From: Leucoraja ocellata
Taxonomy: Eukaryota
NCBI GenBank assembly: GCA_036785375.1
Contig: JAWMAR010000256.1
Location: forward strand, 1,674,001 to 1,738,000
Direction: 5' to 3'
DNA length: 64,000 bases
In this document: piece by piece, positions 45,591 through 56,889 of the stretch
Numbering within the stretch: position 1 is the first letter of the stretch
Layout of the letters: each line of letters opens with the position of its first letter
Made by a program: the position numbers and the translations under genes
The notes under the pieces: generated by a model
What the model was told of the DNA's origin: nothing
Databases searched by the model: none
The model's input: the letters and a program-made list of their open reading frames with translations, nothing else

Positions 45591-47135
45591 TAAAGGTGTA
45601 TCCATGAACACACACATGGACCCCATGGGTGCGTGTTTTTTGTTGGTTATGTTGACCACTCCTTGTTCCAAATGTAGCCTGGCACCATTCCCCAAGTCTT
45701 CCCCTGCTACATTGATGACTGTTTTGGGGCTGCTTCCTGCACCTGTGCAGAACTCATTAATTCCAACTTTCCTACTAACTTCCATACTGCCCTCAAATTC
45801 ATTCGAGGTATCTCTAACCTCCATTTTCTCAATCTCTGTCTTCATCACAGGAGAGATGACCTCCCAAAGGTCTACTGCAAACCCACTGACTCTCACGGCT
45901 TTTTCGACTATACCTCCTGCCACTGCAAGGGTGCAATCCCTTACTGACAATTTCTGCATCTCTGCTGCATGTACACAAACCTAAACCCATCTGCTCCCAA
46001 GATGGGGCTTTCCATTCTAGAACTTCTGAGGTATTCTCCTTCTTCAGTAAATTCTTCCCTACTTTTGTTATAGATGAAGTCCTCACCCATCTCTCCTCTG
46101 TGTCCCACAGTTTGGTCCTCATTCCCCCTCTCCATTGAAGGAAAAGGATAGTGCTCCCCACTTCCCAACTTTCACCAACCAGCCTCAGCAAACACATATT
46201 AGTCTCTGATAATTTTGCAACCTTCAACATGATCCCACCAATCACATTTTCCAACTCCTTGGTTCACTCATCTGTTCCCACCCAACTTAACCTATCCCCA
46301 GGCTCTTTTCCATTCAACAGTGGGAGATGTAACTCCCGATCCTAGACACCCTCTCTCACTTCCATCCAAGGATCCCAGCAGGCATTATAAATGAGATAAA
46401 GATTCATATGCATCTCTTCTTACTTTGGCTTTGCATTTAGTTCTCCCAACATGACATCTGTTATATCAGAGAAACCAAGCATAGATGAGGCAACTGTTTC
46501 GCAAGCCACGTGCTCTGTTTGCTGAAGCTGGTAGCCAACCATTTTAACTGAGAGAGGCCATGCACAAATTTAAAGAGCAGTACCTCATATTCACTTGGGT
46601 AGCTGACAATATAACAGTAGGAACATTGAATTCTTCAATTTCAAGTTATTCCCCCCCTCTCTTTCCCATTCCCCTCCCATCCAGTACACACCCATCTCTC
46701 CCACCACCTCCTACTACCCCAGTCACTCTACTCCTTTTTTCCCCCATACACACCTCTCCCATCCACAAGTTCCATAATTTATTTTAGCCCCTTGTTCCCT
46801 TTCTACCTTTATCCCTCCCTTTGGTTTTGTATTTTACTTCTCCTTTTCTTTCCTTATCTTACAATCTTGTGTCTTCTTTTCATCTCGAGTCTCTGGCACT
46901 TTCTCCACCATTCTACAAATCACCACTCTCTCTCTCCCTCAGTTGTATCCATTCATCATTTGCCTCATTCTCACATCTTTTTTCCTGCTTTTTCCCCATT
47001 ACTCCATCAGTCTGAAGAAGGGTGCTGACCCTAAACATCGTCTATCCTTCCCCTCCATTGCTGGTACCCGACCCACTGAGTTCCTCCAGCACTTTGTGTT
47101 TTGCTCGATATTCCAGCACCTGCAGTTTCTTGTGT
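45591..47135 (+). mobile_element. Decayed Penelope-like element (RT C-terminal half, GIY-YIG endonuclease, pLTR)
   Basis: KGVSMNTHMDP (cf. GVAMGTRMGP), YIDDC, KPTDSH, YI.ETK.R...F..H, KFKEQYLIF, then CTGAAGAAGGGTGCTGACCCTAAAC. Confidence 0.88.
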
Positions 47136-48218
47136 CATCATCAAGTGATTCATAGGAGTGGTAACCTGAATGTATTGCTATGTTACATCTAGATATTAAT
47201 CAAGATGACCGAATGGCCAACAAGGCATTTTTCAAAGAGGTGTCTCAGAAGGGAAGAACATGCATGGATGAGCTGGGTGCTGCCATGTACAGTTCACAGA
47301 GCCTGCATTGGCATTGTCTTGGTATTAAAAACATGGCAAATGAAGATATTTCTCTTCATCACTATCCCAAAACCAACCCTTAACACCATAAAAAAAATGC
47401 AGGATCTGGTGCTAATTTGAAATTAGGCAAAATTATTGTTTGACCAATGATGTTGTTTTCAAATTGGCAACTCAGTGGTCTTGTAATAATTAAAGAGGTA
47501 ACAGACACATCAGCCAAAGTTTATCTCCTCAATCTAATTGCCACTTCCAATTCAACAGGATTCCTAAACCCAACACATAAACATTCTTCTATTTATCATT
47601 ATCTTGAGTATAAAATTAAACCAAGACGTTAACAAAAAACCCCTTAATAATCTTAAAATTATATATTTTTAATATTTCAAGGTTTGACTCACTTGACTTG
47701 TTTTTCTGAATAGGTATAAACATTTCTGAAAGCTCTATTCCTGTACCAATTTCACATAGTGCTGTGCTCCACAGATTACTTCTATGTGTGTTTCATCTCC
47801 TGTATTAAAAACCCTGAAGTGGTCAGTCTTTTCAACACAATTAACGTTAGGTGTTCAGCATTTGCCAAGATATATTAACATGTTTCCTATCACTTAGTCA
47901 TCCATTGGGAAATTAAAACATTACCTCATTAGCAACTTAATTATGGATCATTTACTTTTTTTTTACTTGGATGAAATGATGATGAAATAAACATTTAAAA
48001 ACTAACTCTTTGGAAAAGTGACAGAAATATTTAAGCCTGATAGAAAGATTAATGGTATACAGAAGCTACTACTTGGTTAAATAGAAATTCTGTCCCAAAG
48101 GCACACAGCCAGTGATTCTCAATCCCAAATGTACTTTCAAACAAGTCACCAAATCAAGTTCAAGTCCCTTGTAGGCACAAACTGCTGGAGTAACTCAACT
48201 CAGGAGAAAGGAATGGGT

Positions 48219-48245
48219 GACGTTTCGGGTCGAGACCTTCTTCAG
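48219..48245 (-). ncRNA. Minimal type-I hammerhead-ribozyme-like core of the Penelope pLTR (activity unproven)
   Basis: CUGAAGA-A-GGUC(UC)GACC-C-GAAA-CG-UC; stem I is only about 2 bp. Confidence 0.5.
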
Positions 48246-48278
48246 ACTAATGTCAGGGGAGTTGGCGGGACAAAGATA

Positions 48279-48657
48279 AGGGCATGTCCCACGAGCATGC
48301 GACTCCATGCGGCAAGCGCGACCTAACGTGGCCGCTTGAGCCGTACGGCCTCGTGGGGCCGGTCCCACTTCGATCGCCGGAGCCGCATGGAGTTGTGCGG
48401 AGCTGGTCTCGACATCGCACGGGGCTCCGAAAAACTGACCGCGTTCAAAAATTCCGTGCAGCAACGGCCTGCCAGCCCGCAGCCGCCTTGATGCCGCACT
48501 CACCACCTCGACGGGCGTCTTGACGCCGTACGTCACGAGCGAACTTCCCGCGGACTCCGCTCGAACTTCACGTCACTCACTCAACCTCCGCGCAGCCCCT
48601 GCTTCCGGTTTGGTCGCGCTTGCCGCATGCAGGTCGCATGCTCGTGGGACAGGCCCT
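48279..48657. mobile_element. PIF/Harbinger-like MITE A
   Basis: ~45-bp TIR AGGGC(A/C)TGTCCCACGAGCATGCGAC...; 3-bp TSD ATA. Confidence 0.85.
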
Positions 48658-48979
48658 ATAGAATGTAGTCAGAGACTGGTGGGAAAACAGGGAAGGGGGA
48701 GGGAGAGGGAAAGCAAGGGCTATTTGAATTTAGAGAAGTAAATGTTCGTACCACTGTGGTCTAAGCTACACAACCAAAATATGAGGTGCTGTTGCTCCAA
48801 TTTGTGCTGGGCCTCACTCTGACAATGGAGGAAGCGCAGGTCAGAAAGGTCAGGTTGGGAATGGGAGGGATAGTTGATGTGCTGAGCAATCGGGAGATCA
48901 GGTAGGTTAATGCAGACTGAGTGGAGGTGTTCAGCGAAACGATCGCCGAGTCTGTCTAATCCGGTCTCATTTGTCTGAG

Positions 48980-49235
48980 ATTGGCCCATAATTTTCTAAA
49001 CCTTTCCTATCCATGTACCTGTTTCAGTGTTTATTAAATGTTGTTATAACATCTGCCACAACTACCTCCTCTGACACCTTGTTCCATATACCCACCACCC
49101 TCTGAGAGAAAAAGTAGTCCCTCAGGTTTGCATTAAATCTGGCCCCTCTCACCTTAAATATATGTCCTCTTGGTTTTGATTCCCCTGCGCTGGGAAAAAG
49201 TCTCCATGCACTCATCCTTTTTATTCCCCTCATTG
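48980..49235 (-). mobile_element. Degraded CR1 3' fragment
   Basis: LFPSAGESKPRGHIFKVRG...FFSQRVVGIWN. Confidence 0.8.
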
Positions 49236-49474
49236 CACAGAAACCTATCAACCCTAAATGTCCGGAACTCGCAAACTTTTGGAATCAGGGAGAGGTCTGT
49301 GTTTCAAGGGAAATCAGCAATGAACAGGTAATCTTGGAAACCTCCAATAAGAGGAAGATGGCATCATCTGTTGACGAAATTTCTGTCAAGTTAATTTTGT
49401 TAATGCAAATGTAATAATAAGCTTGTGGACAATAAGAAGGTGTTTATAATTGAATGGATGCTCTGATTAAGTTG

Positions 49475-50440
49475 GAGGAGGAGCCATCTTGGGGAGCAGC
49501 TGCTAACCAGCAGCCGTCCGTTTACTTCGCTTTTTTTAAAAGTTTTTAGTAAGTCCTGTGTTTCGTCCGTTGGAGAAATTGAATTTTTAATGTGGGGGGT
49601 AGGGGGCAATTTTACTTCTAGGTCCCTACCTGGTCGGTGAGGCAGCTTTTTCTCCGGGCTGCCTGTCGACCCGTCCTCGTGGCCTACCAGCGGGCTTGGA
49701 GCGCCGTTTCCTGGCAGGGACCGCCCAGCACCTCGGCCTCAGTCGCGGAGCGGAGCGGGCGATGCCTTGCCTGGGTCGCCGCTCTCGATCGACGCGCTGG
49801 AGCTCCAGTGAGCTGTGTCCGCCGTGTTTGACACCTCCGGGCTGCGGGTCTGTGGAGCGGAGCGTGCGGCGCCGATTTCAACATCGGGAGCCTGGGAGCT
49901 CCAAACTGGCGCGGCCTTGTCGGCTTCGGAAGCCGCGGTCTCCAGCTAGGAAGCGGCCGTTCCAGGTGGCCCAGCCACTGAGAGGACTCTCCCAACGCCG
50001 GGGCAAGATCACCCGGTGAGAACGGCCAGGAACATCGGGCCTCCGTAGAGGCAATTGCGGTGGCCTCAATAGGCCTGACTTTGGGTGAACTTGGGGTTGG
50101 GGACTGGACATTGTGCCTTCCCCCACAGTGGTATTCATTGTGGGGGGATGATTTTTTTGTCTGTAAGTAATCCTGTTAGTCTTTGTCCAAGATGCCTGTC
50201 GGAAGGGAGAGTGGACGTTGGCACGCTTTAGCTGCCGCTGCTCTCTTTTTCACATTGTGTTTTTGATTTTTTGTTTTTGGACTGAATTCTGTTTTTAATT
50301 TTTAATTTGTGTTTCTGTGATGTCTTTATTATTTATTTTATTCTGATTATATGTTTTTTACTCCTGTTAATCTCTAAGGTGTCCTTGAGATTCCTGAAAG
50401 GCGCCCAAAAATAAAATTTATTATTATTATTATTATTATT
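49475..50440 (+). mobile_element. GC-rich non-autonomous retroposon with an L2-like tail
   Basis: Same T-rich/G-rich/hairpin leader as the Rex-derived family; ends GTGTCCTTGAG...TGAAAGGCGC...AATAAAATT(TAT)n. Confidence 0.6.
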
Positions 50441-50507
50441 AAGTTGTGAAAACAGGGAGCAGCGTCAATGCTGAAATTGGTTACTAGGGCAAAAAAAGTG
50501 TTTAGCA

Positions 50508-51812
50508 AGTTTAGTTTAGTTTGGTTTATTATTGACACGTGTACCGAATTGCAGTAAACAGCTTTTTGCTGCATGCTAATCAGTCATCAAAAAGACTATA
50601 CATGCTTACCATCAAACCATCCACAATGTACAGATACAGGATAAAGGGTATAACGTTTAGTACAAGATAAAGTCCAGCAAAGACCAATTAGTTCAAAGGT
50701 CTCCAATGAGGTGGATGTGAGACCAGGACCATTCTCTAGTTGGTGAGACGACGATTCACTTGCCTGATAACAGCTGGGAAGAAACTGTTCCTGAATCTGG
50801 AGGTTTGCGTTTCCAACGTTTCAATGGTTCAATGGTTTAATGGTCCTTTCTTGTCACGTGTACCAAGGTACAGTGAAATTTGAATTACCATACAGTCATA
50901 CAAAAAAAGCAACAAGATACATAACTACATAAAGATTAAACATAAACAGACACCACAGCAGCATGTGGGATTCCCCAAGGCTCACAGCATAAGTGGACAA
51001 CCACCAGTTCAATGTCCGGGCAACACACACGCTCCTTCACCGTGATATTATCAGAGTTGTACCGACCGCTGTCACTCTCTCTGCAGTCCCTGTCCACCCA
51101 AACAGTCAGAAAGCTGTGTGGATGGCTTTCTGGCTGTTTGGGCGGACAGGGACTGCAGTCTAGACTCCAGGATGTCCTCATGGAGCGATGTCCCTGCAAA
51201 CACTGAGATCACTGCACTGACGGCATTCCCTCCGAGTCTTCACCAGTGCTGGCAGCACGTCCATCTAGTTTTTCAGTGACCTCACATTCCCCACTGTGAT
51301 GGAATCTCCTGCGGTTGGGGCAATCAAAACATCTGCAGTCGGGCCAATCGACGTTCCCGTAGTTGGTGATCGAAGCCCCCGCATCGGGGCGAACGAGGCT
51401 CCTGCGATCGGGGCAGGTCGAAGCTCCTGCGGTTGAAGCTCCCGACGTCGATCCCTAACAAAGGGACCGCCAGCTCCACGATGTTAAGGCGGTAGTGTGG
51501 ATGTAGTAACGATACGGAAAAAGTCACATCTCTGTGGAGGGAAGAGATAACAAAAGTTTCCCCCAAGCTACCCCACCTCACTCCCACATAGTACAAAAAC
51601 TAAAGATACACTAAAACATACAAGTAAAAACAAACTAAAAACAACAAAAGAAGGAAGGGAAGAGACAGGTTGTTGGCGAGGCTGCCATGTATGGTTCCAC
51701 TTGGTGATCCAACATTTGTACCTGTTGACTGATGGAAGAGGGGAGAAGAGGGAGATCGGGCGAGACTGGTCCTTGATTTTGTTGGTGGCCTTGCCGAGGC
51801 AGCATGAAGTCT
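50508..51812 (-). mobile_element. Rex1/Babar 3' end, split at about 50818-51710 by a nested element
   Basis: (TTTAG)n-TTTATT tail and CTGATAACAGCTGGGAAGAAACTGTTCCTGAATCTGG; resumes at TGTACCTGTTGACTGATGG. Confidence 0.7.
50820..51710 (-). mobile_element. Rex1/Babar deletion derivative retaining part of the AP endonuclease
   Basis: 51303-50940 translates SITVGNVRSLKN*MDVLPALVKTRRECRQCS...LHEDILES...DRDCRES...ITVKERVCCPDIEL...VVSVYV; same head and tail as the shorter family members. Confidence 0.8.
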
Positions 51813-53089
51813 AATTAGAGAGCTAGGTTGAGGGCTGTTGAAAGGAACAGTTGATGTTGCTGCAGAGAAGACAAAAAATAAAATCTCCGTTTTTCTAAGA
51901 AGTAATCAAGTCTGGAAAAAAGCTCAAGGTCTGCTGTAAGATTGCAGTATGGCTTTGATGACAGAATATAAGAGAGAGGAGAATTAAAAGGATGCATGAC
52001 AACAGAAGGGAAATGTCTAGGAAGGCCAACATAAAATAAATGTTAGAAAAAAAGACACTGATCTGGATCAACAACTAAAATACAAACATGAACAGATGTA
52101 GCCAAACTCCAGTAATGGGTTTGCTTTTATGCACAATGAAGCTTCTCGTAATACAAGGGAAATATGGAAAAAATCAGGAAAATAGAATCAAAGTCAGTAA
52201 TCGTATTGTAAAGTTAATATAGGCAAGGTGGAATCTGCTTAATGGTCTTAATGCTACCGAGGATTTCCAGCAATTTTGTTTTTCTGATAGTCAAACTAAT
52301 GACCAAATCAAGTACAGGACAGCACTAGTAAAGGCCAAGATAAAATCATCTGTGTATTACTTTAAGCAAAGACCAAAATGCAACCCATTTAATTGCTACT
52401 GCTGAAGCTTTAAAATCAATGTCCTGTACACCAGTGTCAATCCAAATGTAGGCTAAAGTGCTCAATCCCTGTGTTTCTGTTGGAAGGTGAATTATTGCTT
52501 ATGATCCTTTCTGATGATTTGTACTGATAAGGCATGTAGCAATTTCAGGGCAAGCTCCCTTTTAAAAATATTCTAATTGCAGTGTTTTGTTTGGTTTTGG
52601 GTGCGGAATATTGGATGACAATAAATGTGTTGGTTTTCACAAATAATTTTAATTAGCTCTGATCAATCAATAGAATATTACTCTCAGATGAAAGCATTGG
52701 ATTTTAACCCCAGATATTTGTGAGGATTGATTGGGTCTGCAGCAAGTAGAATCTATCCCAACCTTGCGTATTGGTGTCTGCCAAGCTTTAAGTTGGTCTG
52801 GTCAGACTCACAATACAAAATTATTATGTCCACATAGCCAAAAAGTACAATGTCGTGAGGCAGGCTTATTGTCAGCATCTGAGTCCATAAAATGATTACT
52901 AAAATAAAGAGGATGATAATTAATTGTGACATGAGGAAAAACATTGTTTACGCAGAATGTGGTTGGAATCTGGAACACGGGCCTACGTAGAAGGGGCTAT
53001 TTGGTGGAACTAGTGGGTTAGGTGGCATGAATACAATTTAGTAGAATAGGGTAGAGCAGTGGTGAAGGCAGGAGATCTACTAATTCACA

Positions 53090-53886
53090 GCCACTAGGGG
53101 TACCGCATTGATGGCAGCCTCTGCCTATAGTCTGTCTGTTTTTCTGTCTTTAAAAAAAAAAAATAGTTTTAAAAGTTTGTTTTGGAGATTTCCTTAGCTT
53201 TTCTATGTGGGGGAGGGGGGTAGGGTAAGGGGGAAATCGCTTCCCAGTTACTTCCTGGCGAGGATGCAACTATTCTTAGAGTCTCGCCCTCGCCCTCCTC
53301 CTCGCAGCCTACCACCTGGATTGGAGTAGCCTTTCCTGCCGGGGACCCAGACCAGAGCTTCAGCAGTGGCGGTGCAGCACTGTATACATCGCGGAGTGGG
53401 AGATTGCTTACCTGGATCGCTGTTGAAGCTCCGGAGTGCTGGGCCTGCAGCTTCAACATCGGAGCTGTGGTTCGTAGAGTTTCCAGCGCGGGCGGCATCA
53501 ACATCACAGAGTTGTGCCAGCGGGCTGCCAGCGTTGAATCTCCGCCCAGCGCGGCCTGTGGACTTAGGGAGCCGCGGACTCCGGTAGGAGGTGGCCGATT
53601 CGGATGTCCAAGCCGCTGAGGATGTCCTCCAGTCCCGATATCGGACTTCCATTACCCCGGCAAGCGGGAGGTTCGGGAGTCCCCTGACCACGGGAGGACA
53701 ACAGAGGAGGATGACTGAATTTTGGATCCTTCCCTCACAGTGGGAAACTTTTATCCCACTGTGTGGAGATGTCTGTGTTAAAGTCTAACGTGTTCTGTGC
53801 TCTTTATTATTCGTATGGCTGTATGGCGACCACACATTTCACTGTACCAATTAGTACATGTGACAAATAAATGTATCTTGTATCTC
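53090..53886 (+). mobile_element. Rex1/Babar-derived non-autonomous element
   Basis: GATGGCAGCCTCTGCC head; tail TTTCACTGTACC...GTACATGTGACAAATAAA plus (TGTATCT)n. Confidence 0.72.
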
Positions 53887-54514
53887 AATCATCCAGATAT
53901 AATCCTAACATCAGGTGCTGCTTGTGACTGCATAGGTTTCTTTGGGTGATCCGGTTTCCTCTGACATTGCAAAAATCTTTAAGTTTATAGACAGACCAGT
54001 CAGTGCAAATTCTTCTAAGGCAGAAGATTCTTCTGTGGTAGAAATGGGGGAATTGATGAAAATATGGGATGGTAGAATGGGAATGTGTGCTTTTTTTCAA
54101 ATGCTTTGTGACTAAATGATTATTGTGGTTTCAATCATATTCTTCTGTATTGTAACCATTCTGATTCTCAGAAAGTGGAGGGTATTTTATGCTCATGAAG
54201 GGAAAAAAGCCTTTGGAAAAGGAATCCTAAATTTTCCTTTCAAAAGCATTGCTTCTTCTCTTGCCCTTGCAAAGAAAATCACACAAAATTACTTGTCTCG
54301 TTTTGGATTCATCTGGCTTTTAGATTCATATATTCCTGCCATGTTGACCCAGCAAGGAAACCAGAAAGAAGATCTTTCTCAAAGAGGTTTCTCATTAAAA
54401 TAAAGCATTTGTGACTTATGATACCACTAAACTCTATTTCTGATCGGCGTCTTTCTCTCCTGTTCAGGAGAACATTTTAACATTTCAACTTAAGAAATTG
54501 GGATATTTTGGTAC

Positions 54515-54785
54515 GCAAGTTCATAAGTTCATAAGGTCTAGAAGCAAAATTAGGCCATTTAGTAAATGTAAAAAAAAGATTGTCCCTAATGGGTATAGGA
54601 TAATGTTAATGTGCGCTGGTCAACGCGGATCCGGTGGGTTGAAAGCCAGTTTCCGCGCTGTATATCTAAACAAAACTAAAACTAAAAAGGCTACTCCGTC
54701 ATTCTGTCATGGATGATTTATCTTTCCCTCTCAGCCCCATTCTCCTGCCTTCACCCCATAACCCCTGACACCCTTACTAATCAAT
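54515..54785. mobile_element. CR1 3' tip (minus) with a nested SINE tail (plus, 54560-54688)
   Basis: TTCATAAGTTCATAAG...AATTAGGCCATT, then TTTCCGCGCTGTATATCTAAAC, then CCCCATTCTCCTGCCTTC. Confidence 0.7.
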
Positions 54786-55774
54786 GTTATAACGGTCACT
54801 GGTGGTGGTGGCTCGTTACAATGGCTGTTCTAACTATGCACTGAATGCCTGATCTGACAAAGTTACTATTGTCCTTATGCCTATCTGTGTGGTTCCGTCA
54901 GATGGATGCAATGGGTTAGCACATGTTTACACTAATTTAATATCTGGACTGAATATGTGTTCTCCATTTTATCTCTAAGAGTCCTATAATAAATAGATTT
55001 TAAGAAACCTATATTTAACTCACAATAGTTTTATATCAGAAAATTAGCTATTTAATTTAGGCACAAATGTAGTGATTAAAGCAAAATAAATACTTGCATT
55101 TGGTGCAGTAGAGGGCGTCCTTTTGCAATTTTGAGTTGAGTGAAGTCATTGGAATTGAGCAGACTCAGCAATTTTATGGACCTGACCATATTTTAACTGT
55201 ATTAGATATAGACAGCAGGTTGCAAATGTGTATAAATTGTCAGTTCACAGCACTGATCTCCCTCAATTAATGAACAATAATTTCTAGCTGCCAAAATCTT
55301 GAAGGACTGCAAAGTACTTACCCAGAAAATACTTCCAAAATGTGTGAAAGACCGATATTAAATTTGACCTTTGGTTAAGATTAAGTAAGAATGTGCATCT
55401 CTGAAAATATTAACAAGTCCTACATATCTGATCAATTATTTTAAAGTGCAGCTAATGTTATTCAACACTCAGCCCTTTAACCTTTGAAAATTAGGAGACA
55501 GTTAGTCTCTTTAAGTGCACAGATAATAAAGATGCACAAAATTGTCATTAAGCGGTTGCAGAAGTGTTACTGGAAACAATATATTAGACAGCTTTAACTT
55601 CTACCCCACCCCCTCAACTATGATGAGTTGGAAATGTACAGGAGGAGATGGTTAAACTGTCAGATCTGTGAAGCATGGGCCTAATTTGCCATGCATGCAC
55701 AGACTGCCAAAGCAAAGATGCAAGGAGATAAATGTATCTTTGTTCTTCATTGCTAAACCGATGCAAGAGTATTA

Positions 55775-56361
55775 AGGGCCTATCCCACTTAGGCGACTTT
55801 TTCAGCTAAGTTTTGAAATGTTCAAAACCTCTCGGTGACAGTTTGCTTGACCTTACGTGACTTCTCCTGGCGTAAGTGCTGTCGTAGGTTGTCGTAGGCT
55901 GTCGCCAGGTTGATGCCATCTGACGTTGGCTGTCGCCGGGTGTGACTTCGGTGAATTCAAGTGGTGGCAGCCTACATCATGCTACGTTAATCGGCGACAG
56001 TATCGGCTTCACGAGAAGTCACGTTGTGTCATTTGAAAAAAAGTGCACCACTCCGCCTGTCTTCAGTTGACGCCGTCATCAGGGTCGTAGCTTGTCGTAG
56101 CTTGTTGTAGCTTGTTGCGGGCTGACGTAGGTTGACTTTGGTTGTTGTAGGCTGTCGTCTATACCATCGTAGGCTGTCGTGGGTGTTGTCGTGGGTGGAC
56201 GTCACGTGTCACAAAGAATTGGGACGCTGGTATACGTAGCTTGTCGAAGTTTGGCGTCGACTAGGTGGCAGTCTGTCATAGACATTGTTTCTTGGCGTCA
56301 CGCCACGACAGTGACTGTCGCTGGCTGTCGTCGAAAAAGTCGCCTAAGTGGGACAGGCCAT
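55775..56361. mobile_element. PIF/Harbinger-like MITE B with internal (GTCGTAG)-type repeats
   Basis: 29-bp TIR A(G/T)GGCCT(A/G)TCCCACTTAGGCGACTTTTTC; TSD TTA. Confidence 0.85.
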
Positions 56362-56704
56362 TTAGCCACGAGTACTACTCACCTCCTAACAGTGGAACTG
56401 AACATCAATTGGGTGAACACATCCAGCAACTAAAGTTTTAGCACCTGCTTGGCATTAACAACCAAAGACAAGTTTGCCCCTTGAATTATCCAAAACCTCT
56501 ACATGAAGAGGTAGAACAGAACTTAACCTATATTTTTCCCTCTCATCAGTGTCTTTCAGTTTTCCAACCTCTGCACTTTTTACTTTGATGTTCAGATCAT
56601 TAAGAGTATCCAGGATTTTTCAATGTACTGATATACATTTATGAGGGAACTGCTTTCCATAGAGTATGCATGAACTTTGAGAAACACATATGATGAGTAG
56701 AACT

Positions 56705-56792
56705 TGTCTGAAGAAGGGTCCCAACCCAAAACGTCACCTTTCCAAGTTGCTGCCTGACCTGCTAAGTTATTCCAGCATTTTGTGTCTATCTT
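56705..56792 (+). mobile_element. Penelope pLTR-derived fragment
   Basis: CTGAAGAAGGGTCCCAACCCAAAACGTC...TCCAGCATTTTGTGTCTA. Confidence 0.75.
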
Positions 56793-56889
56793 TGGTAGAA
56801 TTTGCAAGATGACTGGAATAAGGTAAAGGGAATTAATCTGGGTAGGATAGCAAGCCGATTTCAGCACTGTGATCAAAAGTCAAAAGTTT

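Larger units (their letters stand above)
48172..48975 (-). mobile_element. Penelope 3' part (GIY-YIG C-terminus and pLTR), interrupted by a MITE
   Basis: ETGLDRLGDRFAEHLHSV...KLEQQHLIFWL...NIYFSKFK; hammerhead-type core at 48219-48245. Confidence 0.88.
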
